From contig CBDESU010000001.1 in assembly GCA_965242695.1 (NCBI GenBank), forward strand, positions 224,001 to 288,000: a stretch of 64,000 nucleotides of DNA, read 5' to 3'. Numbering within the stretch: position 1 is the first letter of the stretch; every line of letters starts with the position of its first letter. The notes beneath the pieces are model-generated. The model had not been told where the DNA came from and did no database searches. It saw nothing but the letters and a program-made list of their open reading frames with translations. The translations under genes and the position numbers were made by a program. This DNA comes from Cenarchaeum sp. (GTDB taxonomy: Archaea > Thermoproteota > Nitrososphaeria > Nitrososphaerales > Nitrosopumilaceae). Positions 51,299-61,248 of the stretch are shown here, piece by piece.

Positions 51299-52225
51299 GT
51301 GGGGCCTGCGACGAGTCCGCTGTCCGGCAAGGAGCTTGGGGAGATCGTGAAGGAATGCGGCAGCATGCCGGCTGTCGCCCGCCGGCTAGAAGAGGAGGTG
51401 CGCACTCGTCCCGGCGACGTCCCCCTCCTGTACCTTGCCGGCGTCGCGAACATGGAGGCCGGCGACCTCGAGAAGGCGTTGCGACTGCTGCGCGAGTCGC
51501 TGCGCGTGTTCCCGCGGCTGGCCCCGGCGCATGCGACCATGGGCAGGATATACGCAAAAATGGGGCGCCACAAGAAGGCCGCGGCATGCTGCAAGAGGGC
51601 GATGCGGCTCGACCGCGGCTCGGCCGATCCGCTTGTGGCGTATGGCCGGGTGAAGATCGACGCTGGCAAGGGCAAGGCGGCACTGCGCCTGTTCCGCGCC
51701 GCGGCGCGGCGCGAGCCCGACAACGGCGAGGCGTACATTGGCATGGGGGAAGCGTACATGCTGATTGATCGCCCGTCCAGAGCCGCGGCCTCCTTCCGGA
51801 GGGCCTCTAGAATCGACCCCGACTCCGTTGATGCCACCACCTCCCTTGGCAAGGCCCTGGTGTCGTCCGGGCGGCTCGAAAAGGCCATTGCCGCATTTGA
51901 CAGGGTCATTGCAATGGATCCCGACTCGCCGCTGGGGCACATACTGCGCGCCACGACTCTGACCGAGATGGGGCGGTACGACGAGGCCGAGGCGTCGTAC
52001 GATGCGGGCATCGCCGCAAACCCCGACGCCTCGGTGTCGTGGGCCATGCGGGCCGACAACCACGGCCTCGCCGGCAGGGCGGAGGACGGCAGGAGGTGCG
52101 TCGAGAAGGCCCTTGCCCTGGGCCGGGCCGGCAAGGGGCGCGGCGACGGCGACAAGTTCGACGGCCTTGTAGCGGATGCGATGGAGTCGATCGCCGAGGC
52201 CGAAAAGGGCGGCGATGCGCGTTGA
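51299..52225 (+). CDS. TPR protein
   Basis: Consecutive 34-aa TPR-like units; start inferred. Confidence 0.8.
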   Translation: MGPATSPLSGKELGEIVKECGSMPAVARRLEEEVRTRPGDVPLLYLAGVANMEAGDLEKALRLLRESLRVFPRLAPAHATMGRIYAKMGRHKKAAACCKRAMRLDRGSADPLVAYGRVKIDAGKGKAALRLFRAAARREPDNGEAYIGMGEAYMLIDRPSRAAASFRRASRIDPDSVDATTSLGKALVSSGRLEKAIAAFDRVIAMDPDSPLGHILRATTLTEMGRYDEAEASYDAGIAANPDASVSWAMRADNHGLAGRAEDGRRCVEKALALGRAGKGRGDGDKFDGLVADAMESIAEAEKGGDAR

Positions 52226-53151
52226 AGGTAGACACGATCCACAACGCAGACTGCCTCGACTGCCTGTCGAATCTCCCCGGTGAGTCGATGGACCTGATTG
52301 TCACGTCTCCGCCCTATGCAGACAACCGCAAGGGCGCCTACCGCGGCGTTCCCATAGACGGGTACGTGGACTGGTTTCTTCCCATTTCGCGCGAGCTGTA
52401 CAGGGTGCTGCGCCGCGACGGCTCCTTCGTACTGAACATAAAAGAAAGGGTCGTCAACGGGGAACGCGCCACCTATGTCATAGATCTGATTCTTGAGATG
52501 CGGAAACAGGGATGGGTGTGGACGGAAGAGTACCTATGGCACAAGAAAAACTGCTACCCGGGCAAGTGGCCCAACCGCTTCAGGGATGCGTGGGAGCGCT
52601 GCCTTCACTTTACAAAGCAGAAGGATTTTCGCATGTTTCAGTACGATGCGGTGGTGCCCGTGGGAGACGGGCGTGACGAGCGGCAGGACCACCCCGCGGC
52701 TGCAGGCGTGGACAGGAATGCCGCCAAAAATGAGGGCGGCGCTGGCGGGGATGCCTCTGGTTGGGCGGGACGCGACATGGCGTACGCGACGAACGTGATC
52801 CACATGGCCACAGAGTGCTCGAATGTAAACCACAGCGCGGCGTTTCCGGCTCCACTCCCCGCATGGTTCATGAAACTGTTTGGCGCCAAGGGTGACATTG
52901 TACTGGATCCGTTCATGGGGAGTGGGTCTACGGCCATTGCCGCAATCGATCTGGGGCTCCACTATGTGGGCATAGAGATCGAACCCAAGTATTGCAAGGC
53001 GGCGCTTTCTAGGATAAAAGCCCACAAAGCCAAAGCTCCAATTATCTTCGACCACGTCCGTCGTATAGGGGTTCTACTAAAGTTGACAAGAATTGACCAG
53101 GTGTCAAGATCTCTTCACCCCTGTGGTGGTATAGCAGGGACGACAGAGTAG
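52222..53151 (+). CDS. Site-specific N4/N6 DNA methyltransferase (beta class); 3' end altered by IS630
   Basis: DLIVTSPPY, HSAAFP, VLDPFMGSGST; last ~28 codons lie inside the IS. Confidence 0.9.
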   Translation: MKVDTIHNADCLDCLSNLPGESMDLIVTSPPYADNRKGAYRGVPIDGYVDWFLPISRELYRVLRRDGSFVLNIKERVVNGERATYVIDLILEMRKQGWVWTEEYLWHKKNCYPGKWPNRFRDAWERCLHFTKQKDFRMFQYDAVVPVGDGRDERQDHPAAAGVDRNAAKNEGGAGGDASGWAGRDMAYATNVIHMATECSNVNHSAAFPAPLPAWFMKLFGAKGDIVLDPFMGSGSTAIAAIDLGLHYVGIEIEPKYCKAALSRIKAHKAKAPIIFDHVRRIGVLLKLTRIDQVSRSLHPCGGIAGTTE

Positions 53152-54603
53152 GGCATGGGGCGAAAGGGATCGATTCCAGTGGGCAAGGGCTTCATGCCTG
53201 GCACGAGCGCCCACAAGCTCAAGCGCCTTGCCAACAAGGAGATGGACGCGCTGACGGCCAAGAGGTACATGGCCGCGTACCACCGCAAGAAGGGCAGGTC
53301 GTTCAACGAGATAGCCGGGATGGTCCTTGCATCGTACGACGCGGTCAGGGACTGGCTGGTGAAGATGCACAAGGGGGGCCTGAAGGCGGCCCCGCGGGGC
53401 AAGAGCCCCGGCAGGCGCCGATCAATTCCGCTCGAGATCCGCTGGGAGTTGATCATGGACGTCTTCATGGGGCCGCAGGCGGCCGGCTACAAGGCCAACG
53501 TGTGGACGTTCAAGCTCCTGCACGACCATCTTGAGAAAAAGTACAAGGTGAAGATAGCATACTCGACGGCCGCAAAGAACTTCAAGGAGATGGGCATACG
53601 GCTCAAGGTGCCCCGCCCCGCACACCCAAAGGCGGCGAGCCTCGAGGAGCGGCTCGCCTTCCAGGCGGAGGCGCGCGCCAGGATCAAGGAGGCCGCCGCA
53701 GCCGGCTACCATACGGTCTTCATCGACGAGGGCCATGCGCAGGGCTACAAGAACGGGCGCGAGACGGCGGGGCTGAGGGGGGTCGAGATCGTGCGCACGT
53801 CGAGCGTCGGGCGCGCACGCCTGAGCTTCTTCGTAGCCGTCGGCTACGGGTGGGTCTTCGTCATGGAGTGCCCCGGCCGGGCCAACAGCGAGGCGTACAC
53901 GAGGTTCCTTGACAGGGTCAACGCCCTAGTCGGCAAGATTCAGACCATAGACGACAACGCCGGATACCACACCTCGGACAGGTCCAGCGACCACATCCGG
54001 GACAACGCGGACCGCCTGAGGCGCATACCCACGCTTCCGTACACGCCCAACGACAACGTCGCCGAGCCGCAGATCCGCGGCATAAAGACCGCCATGTCCA
54101 ACGTAGGGCTCGACAGCGTCGGGGCCATAAGCGGCGAGCTCGGGTGGTGCTTTGAGAGCGACCTAGTCGTCCCGGTCGAGTTCTACGACTATGCGACTAC
54201 GGTCAACGCGCCGCAGATCAGCCCCCGCAAGGCGGCGGGGATCAAGAAAAGGCTCGGGCCGGGAGAGCACTTTGTGTACGTGCAGAGGAGAATGCCGGAA
54301 GAGGAGATCACCCTGCCGACCATCGAAGAGATTAAAGCGAAGGAGGACAAGATACTCCCTCCGGAAAAGCGCGCAGAGCTGCCACTTGTGCTGACCAACT
54401 CGAACATTCCCGCCAACTTTCTTGCGAGGCTTCCCCAGATATTGCTTGAGGAATAGAGTGGCATGCCCCGCTGCGATAAATGTTGCACTTGTGCCGCGCT
54501 GCGGAATAACAATTTACGATACAATTGTTTTGCGTAACTATTTTGTCGACCTTAATTGCATGCAATCTTCAATACGTTTTCGTGAACTCAGATAGAACCC
54601 CTA
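53066..54603 (+). mobile_element. IS630-family insertion sequence
   Basis: Imperfect terminal inverted repeats TAGGGGTTCTA....AGTT.AC; flanking TA duplication at 53064-53065 and 54604-54605. Confidence 0.88.
53155..54456 (+). CDS. IS630-family transposase
   Basis: N-terminal HTH/wHTH, FIDE, DDNAGYH, PYTPNDNVAE (DDE triad). Confidence 0.9.
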   Translation: MGRKGSIPVGKGFMPGTSAHKLKRLANKEMDALTAKRYMAAYHRKKGRSFNEIAGMVLASYDAVRDWLVKMHKGGLKAAPRGKSPGRRRSIPLEIRWELIMDVFMGPQAAGYKANVWTFKLLHDHLEKKYKVKIAYSTAAKNFKEMGIRLKVPRPAHPKAASLEERLAFQAEARARIKEAAAAGYHTVFIDEGHAQGYKNGRETAGLRGVEIVRTSSVGRARLSFFVAVGYGWVFVMECPGRANSEAYTRFLDRVNALVGKIQTIDDNAGYHTSDRSSDHIRDNADRLRRIPTLPYTPNDNVAEPQIRGIKTAMSNVGLDSVGAISGELGWCFESDLVVPVEFYDYATTVNAPQISPRKAAGIKKRLGPGEHFVYVQRRMPEEEITLPTIEEIKAKEDKILPPEKRAELPLVLTNSNIPANFLARLPQILLEE

Positions 54604-55581
54604 TAAACGAGCTGGATGACATGAATACCTCCTGACAAATTTTGGCGGCGGGGCTGTCGTAACCACTTCAGAAACCGCGATAGTCGCAAAAAAGGGCGGG
54701 CGGACGGGCGGATGAAAACGTGCCGATCGTGCTGCGGCTTGTCGCATGCCGGACATGCGTGACACGCGCTCAAGAGCACGTTCGGTGAGGATCGCATCGA
54801 GGATCGCACCGGTGCCACCCAACCCGACGTTCTTGTATACTTCGCACAGATCCTCGTAGGATCCCGGCCCCCCGAGCATGTCCCAAAGCGGCTTGCCTAT
54901 CAGTGCGTGGTTTTTCACGTCCAGGTACCTGCACCCGATCGAATACGCATATTCGTCTGCACCGTACGGGTTGTACGCCATTCCGAAATACGTCTGGGTT
55001 TTAGGAAACGCGTTTTTCCTGATACAATGTACGGTCAGATGTTTGCGTGTTGTCGTGAGGCATTGATCCTTGTTAGGAGACGGCGACTTGAACTCTATGT
55101 ATATTTCTTTGCTCGTGCTGTCGCTTATGTACAGGTCCGACCTCACGTCCCTGCTCACCTTGCTACTGCCGTCGCCGCGCACAAGCTTGACTAGTCGCTG
55201 GACCTCGTGGCGGTAATTCTGGAATCGCTTGCCGATTCCCACTTCGTGCACTATGTTGTCAACTTCTGCTAGCGTGTCGGCCGGAACGTAGCTCGCCAGA
55301 TCATGCTGGCGTTCGACAGTGCGGAAGCTTTGACGTGCGAGGGCCTCTGCGCAGTGCTCATAGGTGCTACCCAGGCCGCTCGACAGTGATCTCTCGAAGT
55401 TGGACCCCCTGCTGGCGCTCTTTGGCAGCAGCGCCCTGTGGAACGGCTTGTGGCCGCCTTTCGCCTCTTCCCCCGTGGCGGCAGTTTTCAAATACTGTGC
55501 CTTCTTCTTGCGCGCGAGATCTTCGATCCACTTGCGCAGGTATTCCTCGAGCTCGCGACTTGTATCGCTAGACAGCGCCAT
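54601..55581 (-). CDS. Type II restriction endonuclease, TdeIII/MjaII-like
   Basis: KPFHRALL, ERSLSSGLG, SDLYI...IEFKSPSPNK, MAYNPYG; overlaps upstream MTase. Confidence 0.8.
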   Translation of the reverse strand: MALSSDTSRELEEYLRKWIEDLARKKKAQYLKTAATGEEAKGGHKPFHRALLPKSASRGSNFERSLSSGLGSTYEHCAEALARQSFRTVERQHDLASYVPADTLAEVDNIVHEVGIGKRFQNYRHEVQRLVKLVRGDGSSKVSRDVRSDLYISDSTSKEIYIEFKSPSPNKDQCLTTTRKHLTVHCIRKNAFPKTQTYFGMAYNPYGADEYAYSIGCRYLDVKNHALIGKPLWDMLGGPGSYEDLCEVYKNVGLGGTGAILDAILTERALERVSRMSGMRQAAARSARFHPPVRPPFFATIAVSEVVTTAPPPKFVRRYSCHPARL

Positions 55582-56782
55582 TGGGACCACACACCAGCAT
55601 GTTTTCGTCAAACCCTGTAGCCCTTCTTCCCGATCTGCGATTGACCGTCCTGCGAAGGCGCTTGATTATCGACAAGCCGGCATCCTGCACTATGTCGTCA
55701 TATATGCCAAGCTTGTCGTTGACTATGACTACGGCGACGCCATTTTTGCCCATGGTGGATTCTGATACGTTGCGGAGTGTCTTGGCTACAGCGTGCTTGT
55801 ATTTTGCCACTGCGGCTTTGCTGGTGCCGTTGGCCCTGCGGCCTACCTCCTGATCGCTTTTATCCTCGATGCCAAGCAGTTCGTACGCATATCTGTGCTG
55901 TTCATGGTAGTCGATCAATCCTATGTATGGGGGAGACGTTATGACGTGGGTTATACCAGTGCGCGAAAAGTCGAATGTCCTTGAATCGCCATGGAGTGCC
56001 TTGGTATGGACAGACTGCCTTATTTTTTGAAACTCGGCAAGCCTATTGACGACGTCGTCGCAGTACCTCTTGATAAAGACCATGGAATTTTTTGTTGGAT
56101 GGCATGTCCTGCTGTGCTTGAGACAGTAGTAGTCTGTCGGGTAGGGCTTTTTTGGATAATCAACTTCGTAATGTGCTATCATGCGCGACGATCTGGCCGA
56201 GCGTGTAAGTATAATTTTGAGTACGTCTTGGTACCTGTGCTTTGGTATGAGCTCCTTGAAGACAAGGAGTGTATGCAGTGCGTCGGGGTGGAACCATCTG
56301 TTCAGATATGCCGAATCTGTACGCAGCTTGCGAGGCTTGCCAACAAAGCTGACTGGATCGGTCTTCGTTGCGCAGCTTAGAGTTTCAGACAGTATGGCAT
56401 TGACCTCTTTTCTGAGGGCGGCGATGTCATATTTTGCGGTCTTTACATTGCACAACATGACATTAAACTTGCTAATGTCAATACCGATTGAGGGTATTCC
56501 GCGCGTGTTTGCTTGGATGAGGGTTGTACCGGATCCCATGAACGGATCACACACCCTCTTTGCACCCTTGAGATCATGATCCAAGAAATAGTCTACTAGC
56601 TGCGGCACAAACTTGCCAAAGTACGGGTGTATGCCATGAACGTGCTTGGTGCGCATTTTTTGCGGCATTTCTCTCTCTGTCCAACTCAACTGCTTGACTA
56701 GCTTTGCGGGCGGCGGCGACACGTCACAGCGCCTCCCATCCCGTTGCGGTCCTGGCACTGTTTGGATTGCACCTGATGTCAT
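55568..56782 (-). CDS. N4-cytosine-type DNA methyltransferase (alpha class), likely cognate of the endonuclease
   Basis: HGIHPYFGKFVPQLV, DPFMGSGTT, VITSPPY; visibly lower GC than flanks. Confidence 0.88.
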   Translation of the reverse strand: MTSGAIQTVPGPQRDGRRCDVSPPPAKLVKQLSWTEREMPQKMRTKHVHGIHPYFGKFVPQLVDYFLDHDLKGAKRVCDPFMGSGTTLIQANTRGIPSIGIDISKFNVMLCNVKTAKYDIAALRKEVNAILSETLSCATKTDPVSFVGKPRKLRTDSAYLNRWFHPDALHTLLVFKELIPKHRYQDVLKIILTRSARSSRMIAHYEVDYPKKPYPTDYYCLKHSRTCHPTKNSMVFIKRYCDDVVNRLAEFQKIRQSVHTKALHGDSRTFDFSRTGITHVITSPPYIGLIDYHEQHRYAYELLGIEDKSDQEVGRRANGTSKAAVAKYKHAVAKTLRNVSESTMGKNGVAVVIVNDKLGIYDDIVQDAGLSIIKRLRRTVNRRSGRRATGFDENMLVCGPNGAV

Positions 56783-57166
56783 GGGGGCCTACCATGTGGC
56801 CGATGAGGGGTGCCGAGCGTGGCTTTGCGGGTCGGGGGTGACTGGGGCCAGGGGTCGACCTGATCAGAACCGCAACGCTATGAGACGGCATGCGTGACCC
56901 TGCATGCCTGAATCCTACCGCAACTGCCGGTGCCAACGGGCGGAGGCGTCATTTTGGATTTAATAAGAGTTTTTTGATCTGACGATCGCCAGCATGTGGG
57001 CCGACACGCAGTCCGTCGTATGCGGTGGCGGCCTTCCATCATTGGCACCGTGGTCGGGGCCTGGATGCGCCCTGTTGCCAGTGTTGTGGTCTGTCGACCG
57101 GCACTTTGCCTTGTCAGCACTGGCGCTGACGTGTCGTATCCACACTGTTCAGAGTGGACATCAGGG

Positions 57167-57276
57167 CTGGCAGTGGGTGGTGCATGATTGCGCCTCGTCT
57201 GCACCTGCGCGCGACCGAGTCGCCGACGACCACGTTCCTGGCAGTGGGTGGTGCATGATTGCGCCTCGTCTGCACC
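57167..57276. repeat. Two identical 39-bp hairpin-containing direct repeats with a 32-bp spacer
   Basis: CTGGCAGTGGGTGGTGCATGATTGCGCCTCGTCTGCACC at 57167 and 57238. Confidence 0.85.
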
Positions 57277-57295
57277 AGGCACAACCCTGCCGCCG

Positions 57296-58267
57296 TCAGG
57301 TCTGCAGTGCCACTGCGGTTAGCAACCCTGCAACGAGCAACGCGCCGGATATGCGCGCAAACAGCAGCGTCGCCGACATTGCCCCGACAAGCCTGCCCCA
57401 GTCGGCAATGCCTGCCGGGGCGGCACTCCTACCTTCGCCATCCGCCGCCCCTGACGCGACGCGGCCTCCATCTCTGACGCTCGCCCGCAGCCTTGTACCC
57501 GCCGCGATCGCTAGCGGCATGCCTCCCGCGGCCGCCAGCGACCAGACGGGAAGGATGCCCGCCCACACCCCTGCCGCCAGGGCCGACATGGCCGCGACAG
57601 GAAACGCCCAGAACAGCGGCGCCGCGCGGGCGGGGCCGCCTGCCGCGATCACCAGCGTGCGCCGCCCGCCGGACGCATCCGCCTCGTGGTCGGGAAACGA
57701 TGCGACGAACAGGACGGCCGACGACAGCGCGCCGACGGCCGCGCCTGCAAGGGCCGCCTCGGCCGACAGCGCCCCCTCCTGTATGTACGCGGCCCCGACG
57801 ACGATCATGGCCCCCTTTGCGGCGACGAATACCTCTGCGAGCCCCGAGTCGACGATCCTCGTAGAGTAGAACCAGATCGAGGCCGCGGCAAACCCGAGTA
57901 TTGCGGCGATGATCCACCCGTGCGCGATCGCAAAGTACGCGCCGGCCGCGCACCCTGCCAGCAGCAGCGCGATGCCGGCGCGCCGCACCCGGCCTGCGCC
58001 GATCAGGCCGTCGGCTATGACGCCGGTCCCGCCGCTCATCGGAGTCCTCCTTGCGCGCGCGTCGATCCCCCTCTTGTGGTCTGCATAGTCGTTGAGCAGG
58101 TCGACGCTCGCGTGCAGCGCGAGCACGCCGGCCATGGTGAGGGCGGCGGATGCCGCGTCGATCTGCGCGCCCCTCCACGCCGCAGCGGCCAGCCCCGCAG
58201 AGACGGCCACGACCGAGGCGAGGAGGAACCTTGCGCGCACGGCGCGCAGCCACGAAGAGATCATCAT
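57296..58267 (-). CDS. UbiA/MenA-family prenyltransferase
   Basis: LLNDYADHKRGID, SGG.G, FPDHEADASGGRRTL, multiple TM helices. Confidence 0.9.
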   Translation of the reverse strand: MMISSWLRAVRARFLLASVVAVSAGLAAAAWRGAQIDAASAALTMAGVLALHASVDLLNDYADHKRGIDARARRTPMSGGTGVIADGLIGAGRVRRAGIALLLAGCAAGAYFAIAHGWIIAAILGFAAASIWFYSTRIVDSGLAEVFVAAKGAMIVVGAAYIQEGALSAEAALAGAAVGALSSAVLFVASFPDHEADASGGRRTLVIAAGGPARAAPLFWAFPVAAMSALAAGVWAGILPVWSLAAAGGMPLAIAAGTRLRASVRDGGRVASGAADGEGRSAAPAGIADWGRLVGAMSATLLFARISGALLVAGLLTAVALQT

Positions 58268-58674
58268 ACAAGCGACTCGTCGCTGACCTCTAGCGGCCTG
58301 CGCCCCTCGAACCCAGACTCCGCATCGTGCCAGAACTTTATCTCGCTCTCGCCGGCCTTCCAGCACAGCCATATCTCCTCGTCGAACCGCTTTGACGGAA
58401 AGTCGAGCAGCCCCTCGTCGATGTTCTTGACGACGGCGCCGGTGCTCTCCAGCTGCTCGACCGAGTGGTAGAACAGCGTAAGGGCCGAGTTGAGGGCCCG
58501 CTTGGCCTCGGCGACCGCGGCCATCCCTCCGCCGCCCATGACGGCGGCCCGCAGGCGCCCCTCGGCGCGCGCCACCTCGTCGCGGCACGACACGACGCGG
58601 TCGTACCTCTTGGCCACGTCGGGCAGGGCCTCGTTGGCGCTCTTCACGGTAAAGTATCTTGCCGCGGGCCGCAC
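58264..58674 (-). CDS. DUF2203 family protein
   Basis: YFTVKSANEALP, GLLDFP, LCWKAGE, WH....GFEGRRPL. Confidence 0.88.
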   Translation of the reverse strand: MRPAARYFTVKSANEALPDVAKRYDRVVSCRDEVARAEGRLRAAVMGGGGMAAVAEAKRALNSALTLFYHSVEQLESTGAVVKNIDEGLLDFPSKRFDEEIWLCWKAGESEIKFWHDAESGFEGRRPLEVSDESLV

Positions 58675-58792
58675 GGCACGGCGCGCCGGCGGGGCGATTA
58701 AAAACGTACCCGGCGCGCGGCCCTGTCCGTGCCGGAGGACGGCCCGCGGCTCCCGCCCCAAGATATTTTTATCCGCGGCGCGGCGCGGCGCC

Positions 58793-60010
58793 GTGGGGGC
58801 GGTAATCGGCATCATAGGCGGCGGGCAGCTCGGCAGGATGCTCGCCGAGGCGGCCTCGTCGTCCGAGTCGCTAGCGGGGCGCATCTCGCGCACCGTGGTG
58901 CTCGACCCCACGCCGGGCTGCCCCGCCGCGCAGGCCGGCGCCGGCCAGATAGTGGCGGGGTTCCGCGACAGCGCGGCCATACGCGAGCTCGCGTCGCGCG
59001 CGGACATCATCACGTACGAGATCGAGTCTGGAGACGCGGACGTGCTAGAGTCCATCCGGGGCGAGACGCAGGTGAGCCCCCTGCCGTCGACCCTCCGGGT
59101 CATACAGGACAAGCTGCTGCAAAAGTCGTTTTTGCGCGACCGCGGCATCGCCGTAGCGGACTTTGCCGGCGTCGAGTCGCGAGCGCAGCTCGACGAGTCG
59201 CTCGCAAGGTTCGGGTGCCCCGCCATACTCAAGGCGCGCAGGGACGGGTACGACGGGAGGGGCAACTACCGCATAGCCTCGCCGGACGGGGCCGGCGCGG
59301 CCCTCGGGTACTTTGGCGACCGCCCCGTCATGATCGAGCGGGCCGTCGACTTTGGGATGGAGGTGTCGGTGATCGCCGCGCGCAACACGCGCGGCCGCAT
59401 TGCGACGTACCCGGCCGTCGAGAACATGCACGGCGAGGGGATACTGCGAACGACGGTGGCGCCGGCGCGCGCGCCGCAGTCCGTCCTTGACGAGGCCGCC
59501 AGCGTGGCCCGACGCACCATGGAGGTGCTCGACGGCGCAGGCGTGTTCGGCATCGAGATGTTCGTCGAGCGCTCCGGCGGCGTGCTGGTCAACGAGATCG
59601 CCCCGCGCGTGCACAACTCGGGCCACCACACGCTCGTCTCGTCCGAGACGCCGCAGTTCGAGCAGCACCTGCGCGCCGTCCTCGGCATGGACCTCGGCCC
59701 CACGCGCCTGCTCCGGCCGGCCGTCATGTGCAACATACTCGGGCCCGACGGGTTCGAGGGGCCGTACTCGATCGCCGGCGCGCCGGATGCCGGCGGGGAT
59801 GCGCACCTCAAGATGTACGGCAAGGCCGTATCACAGCCGCGCCGCAAGCTCGGGCACCTCACCGTAGTCGGCGCGGACGGGGGTGCGGACGGAGTGGACG
59901 GCGGGAGCCCCGCCATCGACGCGCTGCTAGAGCGCGCCCTTGCCGCGCACGGGGCCATTCGGATCGAGCCGGCTGCAGGCAACGACGCCGGCGGCGCTTC
60001 GCCGCCCTGA
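58793..60010 (+). CDS. purK: N5-carboxyaminoimidazole ribonucleotide synthase
   Basis: IGIIGGGQLGRML, QDKLLQK, GYDGRGN, NEIAPRVHNSGH, RKLGH. Confidence 0.95.
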   Translation: MGAVIGIIGGGQLGRMLAEAASSSESLAGRISRTVVLDPTPGCPAAQAGAGQIVAGFRDSAAIRELASRADIITYEIESGDADVLESIRGETQVSPLPSTLRVIQDKLLQKSFLRDRGIAVADFAGVESRAQLDESLARFGCPAILKARRDGYDGRGNYRIASPDGAGAALGYFGDRPVMIERAVDFGMEVSVIAARNTRGRIATYPAVENMHGEGILRTTVAPARAPQSVLDEAASVARRTMEVLDGAGVFGIEMFVERSGGVLVNEIAPRVHNSGHHTLVSSETPQFEQHLRAVLGMDLGPTRLLRPAVMCNILGPDGFEGPYSIAGAPDAGGDAHLKMYGKAVSQPRRKLGHLTVVGADGGADGVDGGSPAIDALLERALAAHGAIRIEPAAGNDAGGASPP

Positions 60011-60070
60011 CGGCCGCAGGCGCGATCGCCCGAAAAAAGGAATATTAGAGCGCGGCCGGACGGCGGCCCG

Positions 60071-60475
60071 TTGGCGCTTGCAGCCTCTTACGTGATGGTC
60101 GGCGTTGCAATCGCACTGCTTGCCGTGTACGGGGCGGACGTGGCCGCCGCAAAGTCCTCGCCGGCCGGGGACGAGGGGTTTTTGCCGTTCGACCACATGG
60201 CGCGCGGCCTGGGCCTGGGCCTGCCGTCCATGGTGCTGCCGATCGCCGCCTTCTTCGTGTCGCGAAGGGAGCCGTCAAGGCCCCTCGGACTCCTCTTGGC
60301 AGCCGCCGGCATCCTGATAATCGTCGGCGGCGCCGTCGTCCTCTCGATGCCGCCGCCCTCGGAGCCGGAGGCCGCCGAGGGGCCGGCGCGGAACGCGGCC
60401 GCCTCGGCCGCGCCGCTCCTGGCCGTCGGCTCGATCATCGTGGCCCTCGGCGCCATCAAGGTCCGCAGGTCGTAG
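60071..60475 (+). CDS. Membrane protein, hypothetical
   Basis: Four hydrophobic segments. Confidence 0.7.
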   Translation: MALAASYVMVGVAIALLAVYGADVAAAKSSPAGDEGFLPFDHMARGLGLGLPSMVLPIAAFFVSRREPSRPLGLLLAAAGILIIVGGAVVLSMPPPSEPEAAEGPARNAAASAAPLLAVGSIIVALGAIKVRRS

Positions 60476-60487
60476 GGGGCCGCCGCC

Positions 60488-60724
60488 GTGGCAGACGCCC
60501 AGCCAGGCACGGCAGGCGGCGGGAGCGTCATGCTCCGGGCCGCGGGATCTGCAGCCCCGGGCGCAGCGGGCCTTCCGGCCTCCGAGATTCCCGTGTGCGC
60601 AAGGTGCGGCGGCGAGGCGAGGCGGCCGCGCGACTGCGAGCACACGGGGTGGGCCGTGTTCTGCACCGAGTGCTACGTCGAGCTCCACTACTACCTGACC
60701 GAGCCCGGCGCTGAGGGCAGTTGA
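60488..60724 (+). CDS. Small zinc-finger protein
   Basis: CARC...CEH...CTECY; stop overlaps DedA start. Confidence 0.6.
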   Translation: MADAQPGTAGGGSVMLRAAGSAAPGAAGLPASEIPVCARCGGEARRPRDCEHTGWAVFCTECYVELHYYLTEPGAEGS

Positions 60725-61248
60725 GCGGCCTCGACGAGCTCGTCGCCTGGGTCACGGGCCTGGTATCCGAGCACCTGTTCGCCGGCGTCTTTCTGGCGGC
60801 CCTCGTCGAGACCGTCTTTCCGCCCATACCGACGCTTGCCATATTCCCGCTGGCCGGCTACGTCGCCTCGCAGAGCGGGCTCGATGCGGCCGGGGCCGTC
60901 GCCCTGGGGGTGGTCGGCGGGGCCGGCGCAACGATCGGCTCGACGGCGATCTACGCCGTCTCGCGCAGGCTCGGCAGGGCCGCCCTGCTCAGGTACATGC
61001 GGTACGCCCGCGTCGACGACGCAAAGCTGGCGCGCGTCGAGGCGTGGTTTGCCGCGCACGGGGACAAGGCCGTCTTCCTTGGACGCCTGGTCCCCGTAAT
61101 GCGCGAGATGATCTCGGTGCCCGCCGGCATCCTCCGCATGCCGGTCCCAAAGTTCCTGCTGTTCACGTTCGCCGGCTCGTGCGTGTGGAGCACGGGCGTG
61201 ATCCTGGCGGGGTACTACTTTGGGGTGTCCGTGTTCGGGGCGCACTGA
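60721..61248 (+). CDS. DedA family membrane protein
   Basis: ETVFPPIPT, GRLVPVMREMISVPAG. Confidence 0.92.
   Translation: MSGLDELVAWVTGLVSEHLFAGVFLAALVETVFPPIPTLAIFPLAGYVASQSGLDAAGAVALGVVGGAGATIGSTAIYAVSRRLGRAALLRYMRYARVDDAKLARVEAWFAAHGDKAVFLGRLVPVMREMISVPAGILRMPVPKFLLFTFAGSCVWSTGVILAGYYFGVSVFGAH

Noticed and set aside
54588-54818. TnpB-like zinc-ribbon remnant (CHACPAC)
   Set aside because: No RuvC or DRD.NA motif in any frame; likely chance
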